A stretch of 64,000 nucleotides of DNA from Opitutales bacterium (GTDB lineage: Bacteria; Verrucomicrobiota; Verrucomicrobiia; Opitutales; UBA2987), in NCBI GenBank assembly GCA_965226885.1, contig CBDDEL010000016.1, forward strand, positions 736,001-800,000. Reading direction: 5' to 3'. The position numbers were made by a program, and so were the translations under genes. The notes below the pieces were generated by a model. The model was not told the DNA's origin. It did not search any database and saw nothing but the letters and a program-made list of their open reading frames with translations. Of the stretch, positions 9,526 through 19,618 are shown piece by piece (within the stretch, counting starts at the first letter, position 1; every line of letters starts with the position of its first letter).

Positions 9526-11348
9526 TGCGATTATCGACTTTACTGAAATTCCGGTACCAGAAGGCCGCGGGTAGTATTTTTTCTGTTTTACTCTTACTTT
9601 GGGCCGTATGGGGGACCGGTTGCGGTAAAATTGAGAACTCTTCCGGCCAATCGCAGGAACAGCCGCTGGAGAAGATCATCCTTCAAACCGAATGGTATGC
9701 GGAACCCGAGCATGGCGGATTTTACTACGCTTTAGTCGAAGGCTACTACCAAGAAGCCGGCCTGGATGTGGAAATCCGCCAGGGTGGCCCCAATGCCCTT
9801 GCCCCCGAAAAAGTGGCCACCGGCAAAGCCGATTTCGCTCTCTCTCGCAGCGATGAAGCCATTATCTACGCGGCCCGGAATTTGCCCGTCCGGGTCGTCA
9901 TGGCCTCAATGCAGAGAGACGCCCAGGCTCTTCTTTTGCACGAAGAAAACCCTGTTGAAACCTTCTCCGATTTAAACGGCAAAACCATCATGGCCACACC
10001 TGGCGCATCCTGGATCAAGATTTTGAAAAATCGCTACGGAATCGAATTCGATACCATTCCGAACGATTACGGCATGGGCCGGTTCCTGACCGACAAATCC
10101 TTTATCCAGATGTGTTTTGTGACCAACGAGCCTTATTATGCGCGGCTCCGCGGAGCCCACCCAAAGACCCTGCTCCTAGCGGATTCCGGCTATAACCCTT
10201 ATCGGTCGGTATTAACCAATCACAAATTCGCCCAGGAGCATCCCGATCTGGTTCGCGCCTTCGTGTCGGCCTCCATTCGTGGTTGGCGAAACTACATGGC
10301 GGGGAACCGATCGCGCACCAACACTCACATCGCCTCATTGAATCCACAGATGACCGAGGAGTTCATGGAATTCATCCTCGACACAATTGAAGATTACAAG
10401 CTGGTCCAAGGCTATAAGGAACAGGGAGAAAGGCTGGGATTGGTCACCGCAAAACGGATGCAAGAGCAAATGGACGCGCTGCTTGAGAACGGCATCCTGA
10501 AAAAAGCATTACCTTTGGATTCTTTTTTTACCAACGAATTCCTGCCCGATGAACTGCGCGATTGGCAGAAAGTGGGTTCGCCCCCGGCAATTGCCCTGGC
10601 CGACGAGCGGCATTCGCCGGACGATTTGAGGATCAGAGGGCCAATCCGGGGCTTCGAGCCGTATCAACCCCTTTATATCAGCTACGAGGATCTTTTAAAA
10701 ATGCCGACCGAAACAATTGTCACCGACATTGTCTGGCTTGGCCAGGACCGCCAGACAACCGTCCTCGATCTCGAAACGCTGCGGGAATCCCTCGGCATTG
10801 AGGAGTTAACGGATTTCGTTCTGGCCGATTGCCGGGATGGCTATGAGGCCAATTTCGATGCCAAAGTATTAATAGAAAACAAGCCTTTCCTAGTCCTGCA
10901 AATCGATGGTTTTCCGCCTAAAAGAGGAGGCCGGGGTATGGGCGGTAATTTGTATTACCTGAATCTGAAAAATGAAAACGGAATACTTAACCCGGAACAT
11001 AAAAAACCCTTCGGAGTAACCGGCCTTGAATTCACCCGCCGCCAATTCAAATTGGAAGAACTCTACCGGGGCACTCTTACCGACCTGTCCCCACAGGCCG
11101 CCCGGGGGCGGGAAATTTATGTGGGAAGCTGCCTTAGCTGCCACCGGCCCCTCTCCGGCCAGTTCGGCGGAACACTCTCCAATCGCAACCTTGAGGCGAT
11201 CGCCGCACAGGCAAAATACAACCGGCAATATTTTCTCAACTGGGTGCGGGACCCGCAGGATTTAATTGAAGGCGTGGCCATGAGCCCCCATCCTTATCCC
11301 GAGGAAATGATGAACCAACTAATCGCTTTTCTGGAAAATATCCCCTGA
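9525..11348 (+). CDS. NMT1/THI5-like substrate-binding lipoprotein fused to a molybdopterin-oxidoreductase-like domain and C-terminal class I cytochrome c
   Basis: The first ~350 aa are paralogous to the two upstream SBPs (lipobox GTGC, QTEWYAEPEHGGFY). These are followed by LRIRG..ISYEDLLKMP..ADCRDGY..LQIDG..KPFGVTGLEF, then RGREIYVGSCLSCH (CxxCH) with distal Met in WVRDPQ..GVAM. Confidence 0.8.
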   Translation: MRLSTLLKFRYQKAAGSIFSVLLLLWAVWGTGCGKIENSSGQSQEQPLEKIILQTEWYAEPEHGGFYYALVEGYYQEAGLDVEIRQGGPNALAPEKVATGKADFALSRSDEAIIYAARNLPVRVVMASMQRDAQALLLHEENPVETFSDLNGKTIMATPGASWIKILKNRYGIEFDTIPNDYGMGRFLTDKSFIQMCFVTNEPYYARLRGAHPKTLLLADSGYNPYRSVLTNHKFAQEHPDLVRAFVSASIRGWRNYMAGNRSRTNTHIASLNPQMTEEFMEFILDTIEDYKLVQGYKEQGERLGLVTAKRMQEQMDALLENGILKKALPLDSFFTNEFLPDELRDWQKVGSPPAIALADERHSPDDLRIRGPIRGFEPYQPLYISYEDLLKMPTETIVTDIVWLGQDRQTTVLDLETLRESLGIEELTDFVLADCRDGYEANFDAKVLIENKPFLVLQIDGFPPKRGGRGMGGNLYYLNLKNENGILNPEHKKPFGVTGLEFTRRQFKLEELYRGTLTDLSPQAARGREIYVGSCLSCHRPLSGQFGGTLSNRNLEAIAAQAKYNRQYFLNWVRDPQDLIEGVAMSPHPYPEEMMNQLIAFLENIP

Positions 11349-11371
11349 ACCAAACGATAATCGGATGCGGT

Positions 11372-12586
11372 CTAGCGGCCCCGGCGGATGACGGAACCTT
11401 CAAAACTGATGCGGAAGCGGTAACATTGCTTGGTCCTGGTGATAATCTGGAAAGTTTCCCGGTCGATTTTGTCTGGAATCTCATACCGGCGTATGTCCAC
11501 CACAGCGTGATACCCGCGTTCGGAAAAAATGTCGATGAGCATGGCCAGGGCCAGAGAGTGGTCAAAGGTTTTTGATTCCGAATTAATATAGGCCATTCCC
11601 GATATGGCATGTGTTACCACGATGGGCAAAAATTTACTTTGTATCAACCTTACCACCTTCTTGAATAATTCGGTGTGGTTTCGCTCGTATTCGTCCAACC
11701 GCTGGATGAGCTCCTGGCGGGCGTGGATGACGATATTGCTGGCAACTGGAATAGTCTGCAGGCGTTCGTAGGTAGCGCCCTCCAGTTCGAGGGAACTTTG
11801 GTAGCGCAGCTCTTTAACGATGCGGCCCTGAACTTCCCGAATGCTTTCATGGGCATCGATAAAATGGTAGTAAAAAACTTCGCGGAGGGACTTGAGGGCC
11901 TCGTAGGTTATCTCTTTAAACGTGCGGTAACGGTTGCGGGCAGCTTCCTCGTTGAGGTCCGTTTTGCGCAGTTCTATGATATCTCCCATTCCCGAGGTGC
12001 GCACTTGCTCGTTGTGCTCCATGCACATTCGTCCCCGCAGAAGCTGCCGGTCAATGCTCTCCCCCTCATCGATGAAGAGTACCACGATATGGAAGGTGAA
12101 CTTTTTCAGGTTTGTCTTGATACCCTTATCAAGACGGTTGCGCCTAAGTTGTATTACTTTATTGTACAATAGCTTAAGGCACTCCACCTGCACTTTGGTG
12201 CGGGGATAGCCATCGATAACGGCGCCGCTTTTGTATTCGGAGTCGAGCAATTTTTTAAAAACCAGGCGCGTCACCTCGCGGTCTCCCACCATGAGGCCGG
12301 CATCTTTCATCCGCACCGCCTCGGGACTTTTCAGCAATTCGCTGACGATCACCGGATGTGCCGTCATATCCCGAAAATTCATGATAAATTTAGTTTGTGT
12401 GCCCTTCCCTGCTCCGGGGGCTCCATTGAGCCAGAATAATTCGTTGGGAAAACGGATGTTATCTTCCCCGATTTCTTCCAGCAGACTCGCCCACACGGAT
12501 TCAAAAATCAGATGGGCGTCCTTGATCTCGAGATCGCGGGTATTCTTTACGGTAATCTGTTCGCCGATGACAGTTTTATTCGACAT
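11372..12586 (-). CDS. adk: Adenylate/nucleoside monophosphate kinase with long C-terminal extension
   Basis: P-loop [16 protein letters not shown] and IDGYPRT motifs; 404 aa, about twice the length of a normal Adk. Confidence 0.75.
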   Translation of the reverse strand: MSNKTVIGEQITVKNTRDLEIKDAHLIFESVWASLLEEIGEDNIRFPNELFWLNGAPGAGKGTQTKFIMNFRDMTAHPVIVSELLKSPEAVRMKDAGLMVGDREVTRLVFKKLLDSEYKSGAVIDGYPRTKVQVECLKLLYNKVIQLRRNRLDKGIKTNLKKFTFHIVVLFIDEGESIDRQLLRGRMCMEHNEQVRTSGMGDIIELRKTDLNEEAARNRYRTFKEITYEALKSLREVFYYHFIDAHESIREVQGRIVKELRYQSSLELEGATYERLQTIPVASNIVIHARQELIQRLDEYERNHTELFKKVVRLIQSKFLPIVVTHAISGMAYINSESKTFDHSLALAMLIDIFSERGYHAVVDIRRYEIPDKIDRETFQIITRTKQCYRFRISFEGSVIRRGR

Positions 12587-12673
12587 TTTCGGAAAATAAA
12601 TGGTTCTTCAATACTTGAATATATAAATACTTAAAAGTGAATAACTTGAAGTCGGCAACGATAATCCTCATGC

Positions 12674-13951
12674 TCAAATTTGCTTACCCCTACTTGGAAA
12701 TGGCGGCCGCGTGGAGCGCATCTTTTTCTTGGGAAAACAAATGCGGGAGACGGCTTCTTCGAAATCGGCGACCCCGCTGAGGATGTCAACTTCCAGCCTC
12801 AAATAATAAAAAGGCAGCCCGGGAGTGAACTGCGGGCTTATGCGGACGGCGTCTTTTTCCGTCGTCACGACCATATCGAGTCCAGCCACTTTTACCTTCC
12901 CGAAGAGCTGCTTCAGCTCCCCGTTCGTAAACCGATGATGATCTAGAAAACGCTGGTTATAATACACCTCGGCTCCAAAATCCCGCAGGAATTGCTCGAA
13001 ACTCTCAGGTGCCGCAATGCCGCTGAAAGCGCCGATTTTCTTCCCATGCAAGGCGGACAGCTCCAGACGACTGGTCCCGTTAACCTCTTGCAGGTATTGC
13101 GGCCGATGGGCGCAATCGATGATTTCTGAGCCGGGCTTGTAACGTTGGATGAGCGACTCCAGTTCGTAATCTCTCTGCCCATTCGACTTGGTAATGAATA
13201 CGTAGGAGGCGCGCCGGATGTGCTTGATCGGCTCCCTCAATATGCCTCTGGGCAGGAGATTACCATTGCCGAAAGGGTTCGTTTTATCGATCAGCAGAAG
13301 ATTCAGTTGGCCCTTGAGTCTCAGGTATTGAAAACCGTCATCGAGGATCAAGGTGTCCACTCCAAATTCTTTAATGGCAAAAAAACCAGCTTTGACGCGG
13401 TTTTTATCTACCACCACAACCACTCCGGGCAGATTTTTGGCTAACATATACGGCTCGTCCCCGGCATGGTCGGAATCGAGAAGAATGTTTTTCCCGTCGC
13501 TGACCACTTTAGGCGGAACCGGATCCCCATGGGAGATCATCCGCCACCAAACTTTCCATAGCGGTTCCTTCTTGCTTTTGTAGCCTCGACTGAGAATGGC
13601 CACATTGCGACCGCGATCGGCCAGGGACCGGGCGAATTTTTCGACCACAGGGGTTTTGCCGGTGCCGCCAACGGTCAGGTTGCCTACCACCACCACGAGA
13701 CAGCCAAGGTAATGATTATGCAAAATTCGGTTTTTATAGAGAATGAGCCGGATTTGAACGATAGCGGTGAAGACCTTGGATAAAACATAGAGCAAACACT
13801 GGTAAATGGTCACCAGGCGACCCGTCCGTCTTCCGTAAACGACGTCGATGGAATATTGTTCGAAATCTTCGAACTTGCCAGCAACAGCGGTTATCAGGTT
13901 CCTGATCATACGATATGGCACATTTTGATGCTTCTCATGCGTTTCAATCAA
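12674..13951 (-). CDS. lpxK: Tetraacyldisaccharide 4'-kinase
   Basis: [38 protein letters not shown] and TTEKDAV motifs. True start may be the ATG at 13909. Confidence 0.95.
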   Translation of the reverse strand: MIETHEKHQNVPYRMIRNLITAVAGKFEDFEQYSIDVVYGRRTGRLVTIYQCLLYVLSKVFTAIVQIRLILYKNRILHNHYLGCLVVVVGNLTVGGTGKTPVVEKFARSLADRGRNVAILSRGYKSKKEPLWKVWWRMISHGDPVPPKVVSDGKNILLDSDHAGDEPYMLAKNLPGVVVVVDKNRVKAGFFAIKEFGVDTLILDDGFQYLRLKGQLNLLLIDKTNPFGNGNLLPRGILREPIKHIRRASYVFITKSNGQRDYELESLIQRYKPGSEIIDCAHRPQYLQEVNGTSRLELSALHGKKIGAFSGIAAPESFEQFLRDFGAEVYYNQRFLDHHRFTNGELKQLFGKVKVAGLDMVVTTEKDAVRISPQFTPGLPFYYLRLEVDILSGVADFEEAVSRICFPKKKMRSTRPPFPSRGKQI

Positions 13952-14070
13952 CTTGCATCGATGGTGAGGGGAGAAAAAGGTCCATTGATCGCTATGAGGA
14001 AGTCGCCTGTCTCAACCGGACTTGAAATTTTCCCCATTTTGCCGCTCATGGAAAAAATATCCACTAAATA

Positions 14071-15888
14071 GAGGCTGTCCCAAAAATATAAAGATTTTAT
14101 AGTCAACTGGATGACGTTGATAAAAAGAGCCGGAAAGAGCAAGTTTTTGCTCGATCCGGCCAAAAAAGGGTTCTATAATTGAGTTAGCGAAAATCAATAT
14201 AGCCCTTTCTATGAAAAATATAGCCATCCAATGCCTCCTGCGTCCAGCTTTAACTGTGGTCGACCGGTGCCTCGATTACGATAACTTCCGCGCCACCATT
14301 GATCGAATCGATCGGCTGCTGATCGACTCGGAGGTTGAATCGCAGGCCATTGAGCTGGCCTTGGAGGGGTGGCCGCCAATGGGTCTAAAGGCCCGGCGGC
14401 AGCGGGCCAGTTTTGCCATCAAGGCACTGCGCATGGATACGCTGGGCCGTCTGCTCGGAGGGATTTCGTTTCGGCATTTGTCGCGGGCTCTGGGCAGCAG
14501 CGATCTGTTGGCCGACTTTTGCCGTGTCCGGCAGATCGATGGCATCAGGGGCATCTCCAAAAGCACCCTGGAGCGGGCCTCGAAGTTTTTCAGCGAAGAG
14601 CAGTTGAGGGCCTTGCACCGGACCTTGACTGAGGTGGTGGCCGATGCCCTTCTGGCCCGGCAGGTGGGATTGGACAAGCCGATTGACCCCACCATTTGCC
14701 TGATCGACGGCACCTGTTTGGAGGCTAACATTCATTGGCCGACGGACTGGGTATTACTCAAGGATGTAGCCGGCACGTTGCTCAAAGCGATCCGGCTGAT
14801 CCGCGAGAAGGCCGGTTTGCGCCATCGCATGCCGATCGAACCGGAGCCCTTGGCTCGGCAGATGAATCGGCTGTGCATACAGATGACCCACAGCCGGCGG
14901 CGAAAGGACAGCGCGCGGCAGCGCAAGGGTATCTTGAGGCAGATGAAAAAGCTGCTCAAACGGATCGGGGAGCATGCCCGCAGTCACCGGGAATTATTGC
15001 AAGCCTGCTGGGAGCAAAGCGATTACAGCGAAAAACAGGTCCAACAGATCCTCGCCCGGATGGAGCGCATGAGCGAGCAAATCCCGGTGGTCATCAAACA
15101 GGCGCACGAGCGGATCATTGGCGGCCGCCAGGTGAAAAACGCAGAGAAAGTCTTGAGTGTTTACGAACTCGATGGGCAGGTGATTGTGCGAGGTAAAGCG
15201 GGCCAAGAGGTCGAGTTCGGCAACACCCTGTTTTTGGGAGAAAGCGTTGAAGGGTACCTGCTGGACTGGAAACTCTACGGCAGCCGAACTCCAAGCGAAA
15301 ATGAACAAATGCAAGAGAGTTTGCAAAGACAGAACCGCTTCAACCTGGAAGAACCCATAGCGGCCATGTGCGCGGACCGGGGATTTGCCTCCCAGCGGGC
15401 CCGCCGGCAGTTAGCCCAGGAGGGAATCTACGACGCGCTCTGTCCACGCGATCCGAAGCAGTTGAAAAAACGGATGGAGGAACCACTGTTCAGACAATTG
15501 CAAAAGCGCCGGGCCAGCACCGAAGGGCGGATCGGGGTATTGAAGAATCGCTGGCAGGCCGGGCGGTTGCGCAGCAAAGGCTTTGCCAACCGCTCGATCA
15601 GCGTAGCCTGGTCGGTACTCTCGCACAACCTATGGAAAGTAGCCAAGATGCTGGCCCAGCAAGACGAACTAAAAACCAAAGCGGCGGCCTAGAGAGAGCG
15701 GAAAAGCAAGGACAATACTTTTTCACAGCCTTACTGTCGGCTCATACAAAGAAAACCAGGCAACCGGACCCCAAAACCAGTATCCTAACGTCATAGGAGA
15801 GCAAAGTTGATACTCTCCCAAATGCAAATACCTCTAAAATGAGCGCCTATCAAAAGCCCTCGCAAAATCACCCTTTTGGGACAGCCTC
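14071..15888 (+). mobile_element. IS element type A (IS5/IS1182-like DDE), copy 1
   Basis: 15-bp terminal IRs GAGGCTGTCCCAAAA / TTTTGGGACAGCCTC; flanked by direct repeat TAAATA (14065-14070, 15889-15894); three near-identical copies in the window. Confidence 0.93.
14211..15692 (+). CDS. DDE transposase, intact
   Basis: IDGTCLEANIHWPTD, GKAGQEVEFG, ADRGF and RRASTEGRIGVLK motifs. Confidence 0.92.
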   Translation: MKNIAIQCLLRPALTVVDRCLDYDNFRATIDRIDRLLIDSEVESQAIELALEGWPPMGLKARRQRASFAIKALRMDTLGRLLGGISFRHLSRALGSSDLLADFCRVRQIDGIRGISKSTLERASKFFSEEQLRALHRTLTEVVADALLARQVGLDKPIDPTICLIDGTCLEANIHWPTDWVLLKDVAGTLLKAIRLIREKAGLRHRMPIEPEPLARQMNRLCIQMTHSRRRKDSARQRKGILRQMKKLLKRIGEHARSHRELLQACWEQSDYSEKQVQQILARMERMSEQIPVVIKQAHERIIGGRQVKNAEKVLSVYELDGQVIVRGKAGQEVEFGNTLFLGESVEGYLLDWKLYGSRTPSENEQMQESLQRQNRFNLEEPIAAMCADRGFASQRARRQLAQEGIYDALCPRDPKQLKKRMEEPLFRQLQKRRASTEGRIGVLKNRWQAGRLRSKGFANRSISVAWSVLSHNLWKVAKMLAQQDELKTKAAA

Positions 15889-15955
15889 TAAATAATGATA
15901 AAGGGTTGACGGCCTTGCGGCAGGGTCTTTTTTAGGTCAATTTCAAACAGAGTCG

Positions 15956-17029
15956 ATGAGCTATAAACTATACATACCAGGTCCGGTGGAAGTTTCGGCG
16001 AAAACCTACGAGGCCATGGCCACGCCGATTTTCGGCCACCGCGCACCCGAATTTGCTTCGCTTTACAACCGTATCCAGCCGGGCCTGCAAACATTGTTCG
16101 GAACTTGCGACCCGGTTTACCTATTCACCAGCAGTTCCTGGGGGGCTATGGAGGCGGCCGTACGCAATGTCGTCGGCAAAAAGGTTTTAAACTGCATGTG
16201 TGGGGCATTCTCCGACAAATGGCATGATGTCAGCCGGGCCTGCGGAAAGGAGGCCGGCGCCCTGCGTTTTCCATGGGGCCGTTCCGTCGATCCGTCAGCC
16301 GTGGCCGCAGAACTGGCCACCGGTCAATACGATGCCATAACCATCGTTCATAATGAAACCTCGACCGGCCTGATGAACCCGCTGGCGGAATTGATGGAGG
16401 CTGTGCGGGATTTTCCCGAGGTAATCTCGATTGTCGATGCCGTCAGCTCTCTTGCCGCGGTTCCCATCCCAAAGGACGAATGGGGCATCGACATTTTGCT
16501 GACCGGAACACAGAAGGCTCTTGCCATCCCCCCCGGCCTGGCTCTTTGCTCGGTTTCAAAAAAGGCATTGGATCGAGCCGCCCAAATTCCCGGCCGAGGA
16601 TCTTATTTCGATTTTTTGAATTTTCACCAAAATCACCTCAAGAGCATGACGCCGACCACTCCTAGTATCACTCTTATTCACGCCCTTGAATCGAAATTGA
16701 AGGAAATTTTTGAAGAGGGACTGGAAAACCGCTACGCTCGCCACGCCAAACTCAACGCCTTGGTGCACGATTGGGTAGCGCGCAATGGTTTCGCCCTCTT
16801 CCCGAAAAAGGAATTCGCTTCCAAATCGCTCACTTGCGTCGAAAATACCCGTCAAATCGACGTTCCAAAATTCATCGATCTTCTCAAGGAACGGCATAAT
16901 TACGTCATTGATGGCGGGTATGGAAAAATCAAGGGCCGGACCTTCCGCATTTCCAATATGGGAAATGAAACCGAAAAAACAATCGGACAATTGCTGGACA
17001 ATCTCGACAACATTCTTACCGCATTGTAA
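15956..17029 (+). CDS. Class V PLP aminotransferase (alanine-glyoxylate/serine-pyruvate family)
   Basis: IPGP, HNETSTG, VDAVSS, GTQKALAIPPG (PLP Lys) and FRISNMG motifs. Confidence 0.9.
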   Translation: MSYKLYIPGPVEVSAKTYEAMATPIFGHRAPEFASLYNRIQPGLQTLFGTCDPVYLFTSSSWGAMEAAVRNVVGKKVLNCMCGAFSDKWHDVSRACGKEAGALRFPWGRSVDPSAVAAELATGQYDAITIVHNETSTGLMNPLAELMEAVRDFPEVISIVDAVSSLAAVPIPKDEWGIDILLTGTQKALAIPPGLALCSVSKKALDRAAQIPGRGSYFDFLNFHQNHLKSMTPTTPSITLIHALESKLKEIFEEGLENRYARHAKLNALVHDWVARNGFALFPKKEFASKSLTCVENTRQIDVPKFIDLLKERHNYVIDGGYGKIKGRTFRISNMGNETEKTIGQLLDNLDNILTAL

Positions 17030-17074
17030 TTCTTAAATTTTGAATGTCCTGAATCCTTTTTATCTTTCATAAAA

Positions 17075-19567
17075 ATGAGTAAAACTCTAATTATAGCGGA
17101 GAAACCTAGTGTGACTCGTGATTTAACCCGCGCCCTCGGAAATTTTCGCAAGGTGGATGGTTGGTACGAAAACGATTCCTATATCATCAACTCGGCCATT
17201 GGGCACCTGGTCGAGCTGCCCATGCCCGAGGATATCGACAAAACCTTCAAATTCTGGCGCCTGGAATCGCTCCCCATTATTCCAGATACTTTTAAACTTA
17301 AGCCCATCGAGAAAACAAAATCGAAATTCAGCGAATTGAAAAAACTCATGCGCCGCGAGGATGTCAATGAGGTCATCAACGCCTGCGACGCTGGGCGCGA
17401 GGGCGAGCTCATCTTTACCTACCTCTATGAACTTGGCAAATGCAAAAAGCCGGTCAAGCGACTTTGGCTTAGTTCGATGACGCGCACGGCCATTCGGGAA
17501 GCTTTCGATAATCTGCGCAATGGCGAGGATATGCAAAACCTGCAAGATGCCGCCCGCTGCCGCTCGGAGGCGGACTGGCTGATCGGCATCAACGGCACCA
17601 GGGCGATTACCACCCGCATGTATGGCAGTAAATCCCGCGGCAATGTGGCTTCCGTCGGCCGGGTGCAAACTCCCACCCTCGCTATTGTTTTGGAGAGAGA
17701 AAGGGCAATCAACGCCTTCCAAAGAAGACCCTACTGGAAAATTGTCGGAAATTTCGAGGTCAAGGAAGGAAATTACGAAGGCTTGTATCAAAAAGATGAT
17801 TTTAAAAGATCAGACGACGCCGCGGACAAACCGGATCGTATTTGGGACCGGGATAGAGCCGCCCACATTATTGAAAGTCTCGAAAACGGCGGCCCCGCCT
17901 ATGTCAGCGATACTAAAAAGAGGACGCGCCAGATTGCCCCGCGTCTATATGATCTTACAACCCTGCAACGGGAAGCCAATAACCGCTTCGGGTATTCCGC
18001 CCGGCGCACCCTGAACCTGGCCCAGGCTTTGTATGAAAGACACAAGCGTATAACCTATCCGAGGACGGATTCAAGGGCGCTGCCGGAAGATTATCCAACT
18101 TTGTGTAAAAGATCCCTGGAAGCCTTCGATGGCGAAATGGGAGAACACGCGCAGAAAGTTCTCTCCCAAAACTGGGTCAAACCCAACCGGCGCATCTTTA
18201 ATAATTCCCAGGTCAGCGACCACTTCGCCATCATCCCGACCGGTGACAATGAAAGCCAACTGAATGCGGATGAAGGCAAAATTTACGACATGATTGCCCG
18301 GCGTTTTATCGCCGTCTTTTATCCTCCCGCCGAATATGACGTCACAACCAGAAGAAGTGAAATAAAGGACTATAATTTTAAGACCGAGGGCAAGGTACTG
18401 ATCAAAAAGGGCTGGCTCGAAGTCTATGGAAAAAATAAAAATAGCGGGATCGACCTGCCTTCCCTCTCCGCCGGGGACGGTTCTCCTGCGCAGGCCCATC
18501 TCCGCACGGTAGAGCTAAATGAGGAAGAAACCAAACCGCCGCCCCGCTACACCGAGGCAACACTATTATCAGCCATGGAGGGCGCGGGCAAGTTTGTCGA
18601 TGACGAGCTATTGGCCGATGCCTTGAAGGAAAAAGGCCTGGGCACACCTGCCACACGCGCCTCCATCATTGAACAGTTGGTCAATCAGAAATATATTGAG
18701 CGGGATAAGCGCGACCTCATCCCCACTGCCAAAGCGGAGAACCTGATCGATTTTCTCAGCGCCCTCAAAGCAGGTTCCCTGACCAGCCCGTCCATGACCG
18801 GCGATTGGGAATTTAAATTGAGGCAAATCGAAAATGGGAAATTAACCCGTAAGGAATTCATGAATGGAATCGCCGAAATGACGGGAAATATTGTGGGCCG
18901 GGCAAAATCCTTTCAGGAATCCGATGCTGGGGCGCGAGAAACCGCTATTATCTCCCCCACCGACAACAAACCCATCCTGGAAACGCTTCGCACTTTCAAA
19001 TCGCAGGACGAGGCCCTCGTTATCTACAAAACGATTGGTGGACGCAAGTTTAATGAAGCAGAGATCAAAACCCTAATCGAAGAAAAACAAATTGGTCCAG
19101 TGGATGGGTTTCGATCCAAGGCCGGAAAACCCTTTACCGCCCGGCTCATTCTGAGCCCCGAAAACAAAGTCAAATTTGTATTCGATAATAACGACAACGG
19201 CGAACCCGAAGAACCCATCGACCTGGCAAGCCTAACCCACATCGGCACCTGTCCCAAGGATGGGGGCAAAGTGCTGGCCGCTCCCAGAGCCTTTGCCTGC
19301 GAGCATACCTTCGGCGACAAACGATCCTGCGATTTCAGGATTTTCCGCACTATGCTGGGGAAGGAATTGCCCGAGCAAGAAATCAAGAATCTACTCCAAA
19401 ACGGAAAAACCGGCCTCATCGAAAGATTCCTTTCCAAACGAACCAAAAAGCATTTTTCCGCTTTTCTAACGGTCAACAAGAGTGGTCGTATCGGTTTTGA
19501 ATTTCTCCCGCGCGACAATTCGAAAAAGAAAAAAAGCAAAGCCAAAAGCAAGAAGGCGAAAACCTGA
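17075..19567 (+). CDS. topB: DNA topoisomerase III
   Basis: IAEKPSV, ACDAGREGELIF, GRVQTPTL, ITYPRTDS and GLGTPATRA motifs; C-terminal repeats. Confidence 0.92.
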   Translation: MSKTLIIAEKPSVTRDLTRALGNFRKVDGWYENDSYIINSAIGHLVELPMPEDIDKTFKFWRLESLPIIPDTFKLKPIEKTKSKFSELKKLMRREDVNEVINACDAGREGELIFTYLYELGKCKKPVKRLWLSSMTRTAIREAFDNLRNGEDMQNLQDAARCRSEADWLIGINGTRAITTRMYGSKSRGNVASVGRVQTPTLAIVLERERAINAFQRRPYWKIVGNFEVKEGNYEGLYQKDDFKRSDDAADKPDRIWDRDRAAHIIESLENGGPAYVSDTKKRTRQIAPRLYDLTTLQREANNRFGYSARRTLNLAQALYERHKRITYPRTDSRALPEDYPTLCKRSLEAFDGEMGEHAQKVLSQNWVKPNRRIFNNSQVSDHFAIIPTGDNESQLNADEGKIYDMIARRFIAVFYPPAEYDVTTRRSEIKDYNFKTEGKVLIKKGWLEVYGKNKNSGIDLPSLSAGDGSPAQAHLRTVELNEEETKPPPRYTEATLLSAMEGAGKFVDDELLADALKEKGLGTPATRASIIEQLVNQKYIERDKRDLIPTAKAENLIDFLSALKAGSLTSPSMTGDWEFKLRQIENGKLTRKEFMNGIAEMTGNIVGRAKSFQESDAGARETAIISPTDNKPILETLRTFKSQDEALVIYKTIGGRKFNEAEIKTLIEEKQIGPVDGFRSKAGKPFTARLILSPENKVKFVFDNNDNGEPEEPIDLASLTHIGTCPKDGGKVLAAPRAFACEHTFGDKRSCDFRIFRTMLGKELPEQEIKNLLQNGKTGLIERFLSKRTKKHFSAFLTVNKSGRIGFEFLPRDNSKKKKSKAKSKKAKT

Positions 19568-19618
19568 CATTTTTCGGGATCGATTTTAACTTAAATTTTC
19601 CAAGGAAAAAAAACTGCC

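Noticed and set aside
14040..14070. Left flank of IS copy 1 as the missing ankyrin 3' end (shares TAAATA)
   Set aside because: The translation (YLVDIFSMSG..) is not ankyrin-like, and copy 1 already has matching TSDs on both sides.
13948..14227. Short ORFs reading out of IS type A (also 28029-28262, 53609-54283)
   Set aside because: They start inside the IS end and run into unrelated flanks or antisense to real genes, so they are chimeric artefacts.
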